Assembly: GCA_964519305.1 (NCBI GenBank)
Contig: CAZFHY010000026.1
Span: 1-40,747 of the forward strand
Direction of reading: 5' to 3'
Origin: Candidatus Undinarchaeota archaeon
GTDB taxonomy: Archaea; SpSt-1190; JASMDC01
Length of the DNA: 40,747 nucleotides
Shown here: piece after piece, positions 16,692-26,850 of the stretch
Position numbering within the stretch: the stretch's first letter is position 1
How the letters are laid out: each line of letters opens with the position of its first letter
Translations under genes and position numbers: made by a program
Notes under the pieces: generated by a model
What the model was told of the DNA's origin: nothing
The model's database searches: none
What the model saw: only the letters and a program-made list of their open reading frames with translations

Positions 16692-17063
16692 TCACCGGTA
16701 CGGCGCGCAGTCCTTGATGATCCGCTTGTCGTCCTCGAGGTACGCCCGGTACTCCTGATAGTTGCCGAAGGCCCGCAGGAGGATGAGCCGGGACCCGGCG
16801 ATGGCGTACACGTAGTGGACGCGGTCCCTCTTTGCCCTGAACACCGTGAACCCGCCCACGTGCCGCTCGTACTTGTGCATCTCGTGGTAGTGCATGCGGG
16901 TGCAGTCGAGGATGTCGGCCAGAACGTCCTCGTGATCGGGGACGCCCTTGCGGAACGCCGGGGTGACCACGGCCTCCTCGAGCGACGGCCGGACCGTGTA
17001 GAAGTGGCTGCTGCAGTTGAGGCAGCGGTCCGCCTTGTGCTCGCACGGGTTCGGCAGGGGCAT
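16692..17063 (-). CDS. Hypothetical protein: N-terminal Cys cluster plus RelE/ParE-like fold
   Basis: CEH..RCLNC, then T..FRK...VFRAK...YVYAI....LILL; start ATG 17063 about 25 nt after AATAAAAA. Confidence 0.6.
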   Translation of the reverse strand: MPLPNPCEHKADRCLNCSSHFYTVRPSLEEAVVTPAFRKGVPDHEDVLADILDCTRMHYHEMHKYERHVGGFTVFRAKRDRVHYVYAIAGSRLILLRAFGNYQEYRAYLEDDKRIIKDCAPYR

Positions 17064-17158
17064 GCAGGCGGTATCTGGCCACTTCTTTTTATTGGTAGCC
17101 CCTGACGGAGGCATCGCACGGCTCACCCTTTTATCGTTTGGGGGCGCAGGGACACAGC

Positions 17159-17341
17159 ATGCCCGAACGATGCACCTACTGCCATGGATCCGGCAAGTGC
17201 CCCAACGACGTTGTGTGGAAGCACACCGGGAGGAAGTCGGAGCGACGGTGTGACGAGAGGCATTGCGAGTTCCGGGTGAACGCCCGCTGCGGCAACCGCG
17301 GTAAGTGTCCGAAGTGCATGGGCAAGTGCTGGGTGGGCTGA
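17159..17341 (+). CDS. Small Cys-rich zinc-finger protein (CxxCxGxG)
   Basis: CTYCHGSGKC ... GKCPKCMGK; CTTTTATC box about 25 nt upstream. Confidence 0.7.
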   Translation: MPERCTYCHGSGKCPNDVVWKHTGRKSERRCDERHCEFRVNARCGNRGKCPKCMGKCWVG

Positions 17342-17348
17342 GGCGAGC

Positions 17349-18575
17349 TCACGACACGTCCTTCAGCGTCCGTGCGATGCTCTTTGCGGCCAGCACGCCC
17401 GACGAGAAGGCGAACTGCAGATTGTACCCTCCAGTATCACCGTCCACGTCCACCACTTCGCCGACGAGGTACAGGCCGGGGACCTTCCTCGAGCCCATAG
17501 TGGTCGGAACGATCTCGCGAACGGATACCCCGCCCCGGGTGACCATGGCCTCGTCGTACCCGCCGGTCCGCTCCACTTCGAAGGACAGCCCTGTGAGCTG
17601 CTCCGCCAGCTGCCGCCGGGTCCGCTTGTCGAGCTGGGACGCCTTGAGCTCCCGGGGGATGCTCAGCACCTCCAGCACACTTGAGAGCAGTCGTTCCGGC
17701 ACCTCGTACCGGGACAGCACGTTGTGTAACGACCGCTTCCCCTGGGCCGCAAGCTCGTCGACCAGCTCACGCTCGAACGCCTGTACGTCCCGGTCCACCA
17801 GCGCCACCCGGACCATGTCGCCGGTCCGCACGTACCTGCTCAGGTCCAGGATGCCCGGTCCCGACAGTCCCTTGTGGGTGAGAAGGACGTCGCCGCGTGA
17901 GCCGTGGACCTTCTTCCCCTCACGGAACACGGTGATCCCTACATCGCCCAGCGAGATACCCGCGCAGCCGCTGAACCGGTACCCTCTGACGATGACCGGG
18001 GCGAGTGCGGGGGCCGGTCCCACGATGGTGTGACCGAGTGTCTTGACAAGCGCGTACCCATCACCAGTGGAACCGGTGCCGGGGTACGACCTACCGCCGG
18101 TGGCGATGACGACCGTTCTCGCACGATAGGTGTCCTTCCCCGTCCGCACGTCCAGTCCGGGACCGACCTCCTTCACAGGCTCACCGTACCGCACCGAAAC
18201 ACCCTTCGTCCGGCACGCGTCGAGCAGGGCACGCAGGACGTCACGTGCGTCCCCTTTGGCAGGGAACACCTTATCACCGGCCTCGACTACCATCCACAGG
18301 CCCATCCCCTCGATGAAGGTGACCATGTCGTCGTTGGTGAAGGCCAGGAGCGCCGGTTTGACGAACCGGGCCTTGTCCCCGTACCGGTCCAGGAGGTCCT
18401 CGATAGGTCCGTCGTGGGTGAGGTTGCACCTGCCTGCTCCGGTCAACAGAAGTTTCCGCCCGGCCTTGGCGTTCTTCTCTAGGACGAGAGTGCGCAGACT
18501 CTCCCTGCCGCAGTGCGCCGCGCAGATGAGGCCGGCGGGCCCCGCGCCGATGATGATGACGTCGTACGGTCCCAT
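17349..18575 (-). CDS. HI0933/BaiN-family flavoprotein
   Basis: [52 protein letters not shown]. Confidence 0.95.
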   Translation of the reverse strand: MGPYDVIIIGAGPAGLICAAHCGRESLRTLVLEKNAKAGRKLLLTGAGRCNLTHDGPIEDLLDRYGDKARFVKPALLAFTNDDMVTFIEGMGLWMVVEAGDKVFPAKGDARDVLRALLDACRTKGVSVRYGEPVKEVGPGLDVRTGKDTYRARTVVIATGGRSYPGTGSTGDGYALVKTLGHTIVGPAPALAPVIVRGYRFSGCAGISLGDVGITVFREGKKVHGSRGDVLLTHKGLSGPGILDLSRYVRTGDMVRVALVDRDVQAFERELVDELAAQGKRSLHNVLSRYEVPERLLSSVLEVLSIPRELKASQLDKRTRRQLAEQLTGLSFEVERTGGYDEAMVTRGGVSVREIVPTTMGSRKVPGLYLVGEVVDVDGDTGGYNLQFAFSSGVLAAKSIARTLKDVS

Positions 18576-18680
18576 GTAAGCTCCGGGATGGTCTTTACCT
18601 ATCGCTATGGTTTCTTATCCTTTACCGGCGCGCCCCCGACATAACGTTTTTATCTTATCCTTGACTGGAGGTCGTCCAGG

Positions 18681-19157
18681 ATGTACCAGAAACTACAGAT
18701 CGTGGCACTGGCCATCGCCTTCCTGCTGCTGCTCATCTTCCCGTTCGGTGGGGCCTACTACCGTAGTTCGACCACCAACCGCTCGCACTCTACCTACAGC
18801 ATCGACACCGAGCGGTACACACCGGTCTACAGGAGGTCGACCTCCCACGAGTACGAGTTCGTGCGCCTGGGGGGCAGCGACCTGATCGGCAACATAATGG
18901 TCCTCATGGGCCTTGGCGCCCTCGGGTACGCGCTCAAGGCGTCCTACGCCGGCCTCAGCGGTGACGTGGAGGAGAACACCATGGTGGCTAACAGCGGTGC
19001 TACGTTCGCCGTCATCCTGTCGGTCGTGGGCGCGATCATGTTCAGCTTCAGCTACGGCGACGCCAACGCGTCATGGTTCGATGCCGGGTTCTACGGGACG
19101 TTCTTCGGCGGGCTCACCGCTATCTTTGCGGGGAAGCAGGTGCTCGCCGGAGCGTAG
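18681..19157 (+). CDS. Four-TM membrane protein
   Basis: Four hydrophobic segments; TTTTTAT box upstream. Confidence 0.75.
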   Translation: MYQKLQIVALAIAFLLLLIFPFGGAYYRSSTTNRSHSTYSIDTERYTPVYRRSTSHEYEFVRLGGSDLIGNIMVLMGLGALGYALKASYAGLSGDVEENTMVANSGATFAVILSVVGAIMFSFSYGDANASWFDAGFYGTFFGGLTAIFAGKQVLAGA

Positions 19158-19165
19158 CGACGGTC

Positions 19166-19633
19166 ATGGACGAGCCCTTCACCGACCCCGCGCTCATCGC
19201 CCCCTGCGGCATGGACTGCGGCGTGTGCTCGGGCTACCTCGCAAGCTCACGCGACGTGAAGGCCAAGGGCGTGCGCATGCCCTATTGCGCTGGCTGCCGG
19301 CCGCGGGGCAAGATGTGCGCGTTCCTAAAGAAGCGGTGCGAGCAGCTAGCAAAGGGCGAGGTGCAGTACTGCTTCGAGTGCGACACCTTCCCGTGCGAGC
19401 ACCTCAAGCGCCTGGACCACCGCTACCGGAAGCACTACCATATGAGCTTCGTGCGGAACCTCGAGCGCATCAGGGACGAGGGTATCGACGCGTTCCTTGC
19501 CAGGGAGCGGGATAAGTGGAAGTGCCCCGACTGCGGCGGCGTCATCTGCTGCCACAACGGCATCTGCTTCGACTGCGGGCTCGACAAGCTGAAGGACCGC
19601 AAGAAGCTGTACCGGTGGGACGGGGACGAGTAG
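19166..19633 (+). CDS. DUF3795-like Cys-rich protein
   Basis: IAPCGMDCGVC, C.GCR, YCFEC..FPC, WKCP.CGG.ICCH.G.CF.C. Confidence 0.85.
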   Translation: MDEPFTDPALIAPCGMDCGVCSGYLASSRDVKAKGVRMPYCAGCRPRGKMCAFLKKRCEQLAKGEVQYCFECDTFPCEHLKRLDHRYRKHYHMSFVRNLERIRDEGIDAFLARERDKWKCPDCGGVICCHNGICFDCGLDKLKDRKKLYRWDGDE

Positions 19634-19697
19634 AGGTACTCCTCCCGGTCGTCATGAAAGTTTTTCACCCCCAGGGACCATCTGGTATGATGGGCCC

Positions 19698-19769
19698 CCG
19701 GGGATGATGAATGGATTCTGGCGGTAGGGGAGATAACTCCCCGATGACCGAAACAAACTACTGACCTGG
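19698..19769 (+). ncRNA. Putative box C/D sRNA
   Basis: Box C ATGATGA 19704-19710, C'-like CGATGA 19742-19747, box D CTGA 19761-19764, terminal stem CCGGG/CCTGG. Confidence 0.6.
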
Positions 19770-19823
19770 TGGGGCCACCAACCCTTTTATTCCTTGACCT
19801 CCTCGCCAAGGTCGGGGACGACC

Positions 19824-21284
19824 ATGGGAACAACACGAATCGTCATCGTCGGTGGCGGTATAGTCGGCTGCGCGATCGCTCGCGAGCTCTCCCGCTACCA
19901 GGACCTGGACATCACGGTCCTCGAGCGCGAGGCCGAGATAGGAATGGGTGTGAGCAAGGCAAACACCGCCATCATCCATGCGGGATTCGACGACGATCCC
20001 GACAAGGCGCCGGTGAAGGCAGCATTGTGCGCCCGCGGCAACGAGCTCTGGCACACCCTTGTCGATGAGCTGGAGATACCCTGCATCTGGCCCGGTTCGC
20101 TCGTGGTCGCCACGGACGACGACCAGGTCCCCACTGTCGAGACGCTGATGGCCCGCGCCGAGCGCAACAACGTCCCCGGGTGCGAGCTGTGGGACGCCGA
20201 TGTGCTGCGCACAAAGGAACCGTCGCTGGGGGAAGGCGCCCGTTTGGCGTTGTTCGCCCCTACAGCGGGAGTGATATCGCCCTTCGACGCCGTGTTCGCC
20301 CTCATGGAGAACGCCCAGGCCAACGGCGCCCGTCTGGTCACCGGCGCCGAGGTTACCGCCGTCCGGTTCGGTAATGAGAAGGAGGTAGAGACCCCAGCCG
20401 GGACGTTCGACTTCGACATCCTCATCAACGCAGCAGGCCTCTATGCCGACACGGTATCGCACCTGGCCGGGATCACCGACTTCAACATAGGCGCCCGCAA
20501 GGGCGAGTACCTCCTGTTCGACAAGGCCCTGGGCCCGCTCACAAACCACATAGTGTTTCCCGCACCCTCCAAGATGGGTAAGGGCATCCTCGTCACGTTC
20601 ACAGCGGAAGGCCACACCATGATCGGCCCCAACGCACAGGACATCCCCGACAAGGACGACTTCGCCACCACGGCCCCGGGCATCGACGAGGTGTACAACG
20701 GTGCCAGGAAGCTGGTGCCCAAGCTCTATCCGCGTGGCCAGTGCATCCGCACGTTCGCCGGGGTCCGGCCCGAACCGTCGACCGGTGACTTCATCATCAG
20801 ATCTTACGACGGGCTTCCCAGCTTCATCAATGCCGCGGGTATCCGCTCGCCTGGCCTTGCGTCCGCACCCGCCATCGCAGAACGCGTGGCATCGCTCCTC
20901 ATCGACCAAGGTGTCGAGCTGAATCCGTCGGCGGACTTCATCCCGGAAAGGAAGGCCATCCCACGCTTTTCAGAGATGGACGCCGTCGAACGCGATGCCA
21001 TCATCAGGGAAAGTCCGGCCTACGGCCGCGTGGTGTGTCGGTGCGAGACCGTGACCGAGGCCGAGGTAGTGCAAGCGATCCGACGCGGTGCCACCACCCT
21101 GGACGGCGTGAAGCTCCGCACACGCGCTGGGATGGGCCGGTGCCAGTCTGGCTTCTGCTCGTTCAGGGTGCTGGACATCCTGGCCCGCGAGCTGGGTGTC
21201 CCCCGTGATTCGATTACCAAGCGAGGTGGTGCTTCGCTCATGACCATCGGCGGCACCAAGGACCTTAGGAGGGATGACCGATGA
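19824..21284 (+). CDS. FAD-dependent oxidoreductase (glycerol-3-phosphate dehydrogenase-like) with C-terminal BFD-like [2Fe-2S] domain
   Basis: GGGIVG, SKANTAIIHAG, GIRSPGLASAPAIA, VCRCE...TRAGMGRCQ.GFC. Confidence 0.92.
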   Translation: MGTTRIVIVGGGIVGCAIARELSRYQDLDITVLEREAEIGMGVSKANTAIIHAGFDDDPDKAPVKAALCARGNELWHTLVDELEIPCIWPGSLVVATDDDQVPTVETLMARAERNNVPGCELWDADVLRTKEPSLGEGARLALFAPTAGVISPFDAVFALMENAQANGARLVTGAEVTAVRFGNEKEVETPAGTFDFDILINAAGLYADTVSHLAGITDFNIGARKGEYLLFDKALGPLTNHIVFPAPSKMGKGILVTFTAEGHTMIGPNAQDIPDKDDFATTAPGIDEVYNGARKLVPKLYPRGQCIRTFAGVRPEPSTGDFIIRSYDGLPSFINAAGIRSPGLASAPAIAERVASLLIDQGVELNPSADFIPERKAIPRFSEMDAVERDAIIRESPAYGRVVCRCETVTEAEVVQAIRRGATTLDGVKLRTRAGMGRCQSGFCSFRVLDILARELGVPRDSITKRGGASLMTIGGTKDLRRDDR

Positions 21285-22537
21285 TAGAGCGCGAGGTGGA
21301 CGCGGTGGTAATCGGGGCCGGACCCGCCGGGCTCGCCGCGGCCTGCGCCATGAAGGAGCAGGGTGTCGACCCGGTCCTTTTGGAGCGCGACCACATCCTG
21401 GGCGGGATCCTGCCCCAGTGCATACACCCGGGTTTCGGTCTCATCCACTTCAAAGAGGAGCTGACCGGTCCCGAGTTCGTACAAAGGTTCATCGACCGTG
21501 CCAACGAGCTCGACGTGGAACGCATGCTCGACACCATGGTGATGGACATCGCCCGCGAGGACGATGGTCGCATCCGTGTCACCGCCGTGAACCCAAAGAT
21601 GGGCGAGGTGGCGCTGGTGGCCAAGGCCGTGGTGCTCGGTATGGGCTGTCGTGAGCGGACCCGGCACAACATCACTATCCCCGGGACCCGGCCCGCCGGC
21701 GTGTACACCGCGGGCACCGCCCAGCGGCTAATCAACGTGGAGGGGCTGATGCCCGGTAAGGAGGTCGTGGTGCTCGGCTCGGGCGACATCGGCCTCATCA
21801 TGGCCCGCCGGTTCACACTAGAGGGCGCGAAGGTCAAGATGGTGTGCGAGATCCAGCCCTACCTGTGCGGTCTCACGAGGAACCGGGTCCAGTGCCTGGT
21901 TGACTACGACATCCCGCTGCACCTGGGGACGACGATCATCGACGTACATGGTAAGGACCGGGTGGAAGGGGTGACCATCGCCGAGGTTGGCCCCGGATGG
22001 AAGCCCGTCCCCGGCACCGAGGAGTACGTGCCCTGCGACTGCGTGGTGGTATCGGTGGGCCTCATCCCGGAGAACGAGCTCTCGAACAAGCTCGGTATCG
22101 AGACGGACCCCATGACCACGGGACCGCGAGTGACCGAGGACATGGCCACCAGCGTACCGGGCGTGTACGCCGCGGGCAACGTGCTGCTGGTGAACGACCT
22201 GGTGGACTACGTGTCACAGCAGGCCATCACCGCCGGCGAGGCAGCGGCAAGGTACGTGAAGGAGGGCGCTCCTGCGGGGAAGGTCACCGAGGTGACGTGC
22301 GGTGCAGGCTGCCGTCTCATCGTACCCCAGCGGGTGACGAGGGATAAGGACGTTTCGTTCCTTCTTCGTGTTACCGAGCCCATGGAGAACGCCGTGCTAC
22401 ACGTCCCGGAGCTGGGCAAGAAGAAGAAGCTGGGGCGAGCGGTCCCCGGTGAGATGGAGAAGCTGCGGCTGAAGCAGGCCGACCTGGCAAAGGCCGGCGG
22501 TACCATCACCATCGTGGTGGAGGAGGGGGGTGAGTAG
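21281..22537 (+). CDS. FAD/NAD(P) oxidoreductase (pyridine nucleotide-disulfide type)
   Basis: GAGPAG, GGILPQCIH.GFG, GSGDIGLIMARR, QCL.D. Confidence 0.92.
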   Translation: MIEREVDAVVIGAGPAGLAAACAMKEQGVDPVLLERDHILGGILPQCIHPGFGLIHFKEELTGPEFVQRFIDRANELDVERMLDTMVMDIAREDDGRIRVTAVNPKMGEVALVAKAVVLGMGCRERTRHNITIPGTRPAGVYTAGTAQRLINVEGLMPGKEVVVLGSGDIGLIMARRFTLEGAKVKMVCEIQPYLCGLTRNRVQCLVDYDIPLHLGTTIIDVHGKDRVEGVTIAEVGPGWKPVPGTEEYVPCDCVVVSVGLIPENELSNKLGIETDPMTTGPRVTEDMATSVPGVYAAGNVLLVNDLVDYVSQQAITAGEAAARYVKEGAPAGKVTEVTCGAGCRLIVPQRVTRDKDVSFLLRVTEPMENAVLHVPELGKKKKLGRAVPGEMEKLRLKQADLAKAGGTITIVVEEGGE

Positions 22538-22538
22538 A

Positions 22539-22907
22539 ATGGAAGAGAAGGAGTTCATCTGCATCGTGTGCCCCAAAGGCTGCAACATCACCGTGGCCAT
22601 GGAGGGCGAGCATGTCACCGAGGTCAAGGACTCGAGCTGCCCGCGGGGTGAGAAGTACGCCACCGACGAGGCGACGGACCCGAAACGACTTGTGTTCTCT
22701 ACCGTTCGGCTCGAGGGCGGACCGACGCGGATGCTTCCGGTGCGGACCCGCGAATCGGTGCCCCGGGGCAAGGTGACGGCGGTCATGAAGGAGCTGGCGA
22801 CAGTAGTTGTGGACGCACCGGTCACCATGGGCGACATCATCGTGGACGACGTGTGCGGGACGGGCACTGACGTGGTGGCCAGCTGGAGCGTGGAGAAGCG
22901 GTCGTAG
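22539..22907 (+). CDS. DUF1667 small Cys protein (third gene of the G3PDH-like operon)
   Basis: CIVCPKGC...CPRG..YA..E...PKR. Confidence 0.9.
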   Translation: MEEKEFICIVCPKGCNITVAMEGEHVTEVKDSSCPRGEKYATDEATDPKRLVFSTVRLEGGPTRMLPVRTRESVPRGKVTAVMKELATVVVDAPVTMGDIIVDDVCGTGTDVVASWSVEKRS

Positions 22908-22973
22908 CGCCCTCGTCCGCCCGTGCGATGCCTATTTAATGGTTCGTTGTCGGCACGCTGATAGGTCGTGTCC

Positions 22974-23531
22974 ATGGATGATCGAACACTTCTTCGTATC
23001 GTACTGATTATCAGCATCGCGTCGCTCGCAGCGACGTCTGCCGTGCTGGTCGAGATGCGTGGTGGGAGTGGCACCGCCGCGCCCGGGGGAGAGGGCGCGA
23101 GTCCGCCGGCTAACTATGGGAATCCCTGTCCCTGTTCCCTACCTACCGACTGCGACCGGAACCCATCCCGCTGCGAAGACTGCACGAGTGAGTGCGGGGA
23201 CGATGAGAGCTGCTTCTCATCATGCAAGCGCTGCGTGGAGGGATGCTATGATGGCGATACAATCTGCTATGAGATGTGCATAGAATGCGTCAGGCCGTGC
23301 AATGGCGACGAAGAGTGTTACAGTATATGCGAAGGCTACCGTCCCCGCTTTAACCCCCACTCCGGCGTGGGATCCTATTACATAGGCACCTTCAAGGAGA
23401 TCGCACGGGCCTGCGACCACGATAATGTCTGTATCGAGCGTTGCATTGACGAACTCGGGAATCTGGCCCGTTATTACGGCCGGGATGGTGCGCCGCTCAC
23501 CTGCCTCTCGCGGCCCGAGAGCACGGGATGA
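22974..23531 (+). CDS. MDDRTLL-leader protein with Cys-rich repeats
   Basis: Leader plus PPANYG, then repeated C..C...C..D..C...C. Confidence 0.75.
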   Translation: MDDRTLLRIVLIISIASLAATSAVLVEMRGGSGTAAPGGEGASPPANYGNPCPCSLPTDCDRNPSRCEDCTSECGDDESCFSSCKRCVEGCYDGDTICYEMCIECVRPCNGDEECYSICEGYRPRFNPHSGVGSYYIGTFKEIARACDHDNVCIERCIDELGNLARYYGRDGAPLTCLSRPESTG

Positions 23532-23640
23532 GCGAAGGGTCCTGACACAACGGTCACCTGCCTGCGTCCGGCCTACACGAGCGGCCACCGCGCCCCCCGG
23601 GAAAAGGATATAAACCGGCCCCCGGGCAGACCGTCGCAGT

Positions 23641-24327
23641 ATGTACGACGCCGAGTGCGCGTTCTGCGAGGCCCGTGGCATCGAGGACTGGCGTTTTGTC
23701 GCCGAGACGGAGCACAACTACGTATTCCCCACCTACGGCATGCTCGACCTCGAGGGCTATATGATCATCACTCCCAAGGACCACACGCCCAGCTACGGCG
23801 CGTGGGGGTCCGCAGAAGGTCGCGCCGAGTACCACGACCTGATCGACCGCGCCCGGGATGCCATCAGCGAGCAGTACGGTACGCAGGCGCTTGTGTTCGA
23901 GCACGGCATGACCGGCCAGACCATCAAGCACGCCCACACCCACGTGGTGCCGGGTCTCAGGTTCAACGATGTCATGAACGAACTCGTGGCGACGCTCCCC
24001 TCCGACACATCCTACATGCTCATGGACGAGGTCACTCGCGAGGAGCGCGACGAGCTCAGGCAGCTGGGACACCAGCAGGGCGGGTATCTCTATGTAGAGA
24101 GCGAGGACGCGGCCGCCGTGTTCCTTCTCAAGCCGGCCGACGAGCACAAGCAGATACTGCGCAAGGTCGCAGCGCGCGTGATGGGCAACGAGGACCTGGC
24201 CGACTGGAAGAAGGTGCAGGCCGATCCCGTGCTCAAGGCACGTGACTTGGCTCTCATCAGGTCCACCACGGCCGACATGCGCCCTTACTTCGAGGACATC
24301 AACCAGCGGACGTTCGAGGACGAGTAG
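23641..24327 (+). CDS. HIT-superfamily (CwfJ-like) nucleotide hydrolase
   Basis: CAFC, GY.II.PK.H, VFEHG, HAHTHVVP. Confidence 0.85.
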   Translation: MYDAECAFCEARGIEDWRFVAETEHNYVFPTYGMLDLEGYMIITPKDHTPSYGAWGSAEGRAEYHDLIDRARDAISEQYGTQALVFEHGMTGQTIKHAHTHVVPGLRFNDVMNELVATLPSDTSYMLMDEVTREERDELRQLGHQQGGYLYVESEDAAAVFLLKPADEHKQILRKVAARVMGNEDLADWKKVQADPVLKARDLALIRSTTADMRPYFEDINQRTFEDE

Positions 24328-24436
24328 GTCCCCGTTCGGCGTAGATTATACCATTAATCGTTGTAAGGGAGTTATCCCCCAAAACTGACAGAATTAGCAA
24401 AAACAATAAATAAAGTGGGATAACTAATACTATACA

Positions 24437-25576
24437 GTGGTGACCATCAAGGAACGGACCATAAAGGGCCGGACCTATGTCTACGTTGCAGCTTCTACAT
24501 CGTACAAGGGTGAGAAGAAGAGGTTCGAGAAGCTTGTTGGTCCGAAAGGATTGGATCCCAAGGAGGAGGAGCACAGGAAAGAGTACCTTTCGAGGATCGT
24601 CGATCTTAAAGCTAACTATTATCGCACCTATCTGAGCATCATCCGCGATCCTCTGCGTTACCTCACATCTAAGCACCATTTCTATCTGGGAACCATCGCC
24701 TGGCAGTACCAGCAGTTCTTATCGGACCTGTACCCTCGAGCGCGTGAAAAATACGAGCAGGAGCACGAGGTGCGGTACGTCCACAACACGACCGCCATCG
24801 AGGGAAACACCCTAACCCTCCGTGACACACAACTCGTGCTCGAGCACGATCTTGCGCCGAACGGGAAGGACCTAAGAGAGGTCCATGAGGTTGAGAACTA
24901 CAAGCAGGTCCTCAAGTACGTCCGCTCCTACGAGGGGGATTTCTCCATGGACCTCGTCCTCACGCTCCACGGGCTCATCCAGCGCAACATCGACGATGAC
25001 ACAGCGGGTCACTTTCGACGGATCAACGTTGCCATCAGTGGGAGCACCTGGGAGCCGACACCCTTTCCCCTCGTGGAGCAGGAGCTTGAGAATCTAATCG
25101 CGTGGTATCATGCCCACAAGAAGGACCATCACCCGTTCGAGCTGGCCGGTATGGTCCACCACCGGTTCCTGCAGATCCATCCCTTTGTCGACGGGAACGG
25201 TAGGGTCGCCCGCGAACTGATGAACGTGATACTGCGACGGAACGGATATCCGACCATCATCATCCCGGTCAAGGAGCGTGCGGAGTACATGACGACGCTT
25301 GAGAAGGCGGACAGTGGGGATCTAACTCCTCTCATGCAGTACTTCTTCAAGGTCTTTCTGGACGACTATCGCGATGTGATCGTTGAGTTCTTCCGAGAGT
25401 GGTCCAAGGAGGCAGAATCGAAGGATGGGTCCATGGATGCCCGCGAGGTGGAAGCGTTCCAAGAATTAGTTGCTTGGTTCAACAACCTGTTCACAGACAT
25501 TCTATCCATCGAGGTCGAGTTCAAGCTTGGGATTGCAGAAGCACTAGAGAGCGCCTCTAATGCCCCCAGTTCGTAG
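24437..25576 (+). CDS. Fic family protein (AMPylase)
   Basis: Intact HPFVDGNGRVAR, TTAIEGNTL; visibly more AT-rich than neighbours. Confidence 0.95.
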   Translation: MVTIKERTIKGRTYVYVAASTSYKGEKKRFEKLVGPKGLDPKEEEHRKEYLSRIVDLKANYYRTYLSIIRDPLRYLTSKHHFYLGTIAWQYQQFLSDLYPRAREKYEQEHEVRYVHNTTAIEGNTLTLRDTQLVLEHDLAPNGKDLREVHEVENYKQVLKYVRSYEGDFSMDLVLTLHGLIQRNIDDDTAGHFRRINVAISGSTWEPTPFPLVEQELENLIAWYHAHKKDHHPFELAGMVHHRFLQIHPFVDGNGRVARELMNVILRRNGYPTIIIPVKERAEYMTTLEKADSGDLTPLMQYFFKVFLDDYRDVIVEFFREWSKEAESKDGSMDAREVEAFQELVAWFNNLFTDILSIEVEFKLGIAEALESASNAPSS

Positions 25577-25663
25577 AGCAAGGGCCGTATACGGGCACAA
25601 AAAATGACAAAATCCTCAATTTATGTCTAGAAATGTGCCCGTACACATCCCTTGGATGCGCCC

Positions 25664-26416
25664 CTACGCGTCCAGCTCGTAGATCATGAGGTCCCCGTCC
25701 ACCCGTTCCACCGGCTTGATCTTTGCGTACCCGTCGAACCAGTGCCTGCGCTCGTGCTTCTGCTCCACGAGAGCGTACGGCTTGTACCCGTCACAGATGA
25801 CCACGTGACCGTCGTCGTGCACGGCGGTGGCCGAGTGATGTGTGCGGCTGATCCCGCAGGCTACCACCAGCTGCAGGTCCAGGTCGTCGATACCGGCCCG
25901 ATCCTTGAGAGCGCTGTCCGCGTAATCCATGCACAGCTCCACACCGATGCGGCGACCCTTGTGCTCGACCACGCCATCGTACGGTTCGGCGTTCTTGTTG
26001 TAGTCCCATCCGTACGGCAGCCCGTAGTAGTCGTAGCACCACTCCAGCTCGCCACCGTCGGTCTTTTTAGAGTACTCGCCCACGACATCGCCGTCGGCGA
26101 CCATGGGCATAAGGTTGTAGAGGTAGCCCTCTTCCTGCATGATGTACGAGCCGGGGAGGATGAGCGTGTCGTGACCCTCGGAGAGCTCGCGGAGCCGTTC
26201 CGTGATACCGTCGGCCTCGTCTCTGGTGATGGCCCGGTCCGACGTGAGGGCGAACTCGGGCACCATCAGCACGTCCAGGTCGTGGTCGAGGCAGCCTGCG
26301 ATCCGGTCGATGACCGCGTCAACGTCGGCGTCGGTGCGCATCCCGAAGTATTTCGTGGAGTAGCGCAGCACGCCCACACGGAGCGGTTCTTTCCCGGAGG
26401 AAGGCTCGTCGTGCAT
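25664..26416 (-). CDS. Carbon-nitrogen hydrolase (nitrilase superfamily)
   Basis: Triad motifs VPEF, YSKK, ELCMDY. Confidence 0.85.
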   Translation of the reverse strand: MHDEPSSGKEPLRVGVLRYSTKYFGMRTDADVDAVIDRIAGCLDHDLDVLMVPEFALTSDRAITRDEADGITERLRELSEGHDTLILPGSYIMQEEGYLYNLMPMVADGDVVGEYSKKTDGGELEWCYDYYGLPYGWDYNKNAEPYDGVVEHKGRRIGVELCMDYADSALKDRAGIDDLDLQLVVACGISRTHHSATAVHDDGHVVICDGYKPYALVEQKHERRHWFDGYAKIKPVERVDGDLMIYELDA

Positions 26417-26593
26417 GGTAACAGTGTGCGGTCGCGCGGGGATCGGTTCAAAAAGGTTGGCTTGGGGTGCGGAGGGGTACTACCGCCGGTCGTGGGAGTT
26501 CTATTTGACCAAGAAAGGTGATAGAATGACCGTTAATGTCCGCAGGTGGTGATGCTGAAGTGTATCTGGGAAATCGGAATATTAATATAACCC

Positions 26594-26611
26594 GTAGTAC
26601 ACATGTACTAC
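26594..26611. promoter_or_regulatory. Palindromic operator of the RHH-RelE TA operon
   Basis: GTAGTACA-CA-TGTACTAC between TATA (TTAATATAA 26582-26590) and ATG 26623. Confidence 0.7.
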
Positions 26612-26622
26612 AAGGTGCTGGG

Positions 26623-26850
26623 ATGCCGACCGTACAAGTACGCCTCGGAGACGAGCTGGTAAGGACCGTCGACGCAGCGGTGGAGAAGGGTATCTATCCG
26701 AACAGGTCTGAAGCGGTCAGAGATGCCCTGAGGAGGCTCTTCGCACCGGAACTGAGGGAAGAGGTGCTGGTCGAGGTCCTGAAGAGGTCACAGGGCGCGT
26801 CCTCGGAATTCACGTCCCAGAGCGAGATCGAGGCCGAGTTCGGGATATGA
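26623..26850 (+). CDS. Ribbon-helix-helix (CopG/Arc) antitoxin
   Basis: TVQVRL..ELV..VD..VEKG.YPNRSEAVRDALRRL; acidic tail. Confidence 0.9.
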   Translation: MPTVQVRLGDELVRTVDAAVEKGIYPNRSEAVRDALRRLFAPELREEVLVEVLKRSQGASSEFTSQSEIEAEFGI

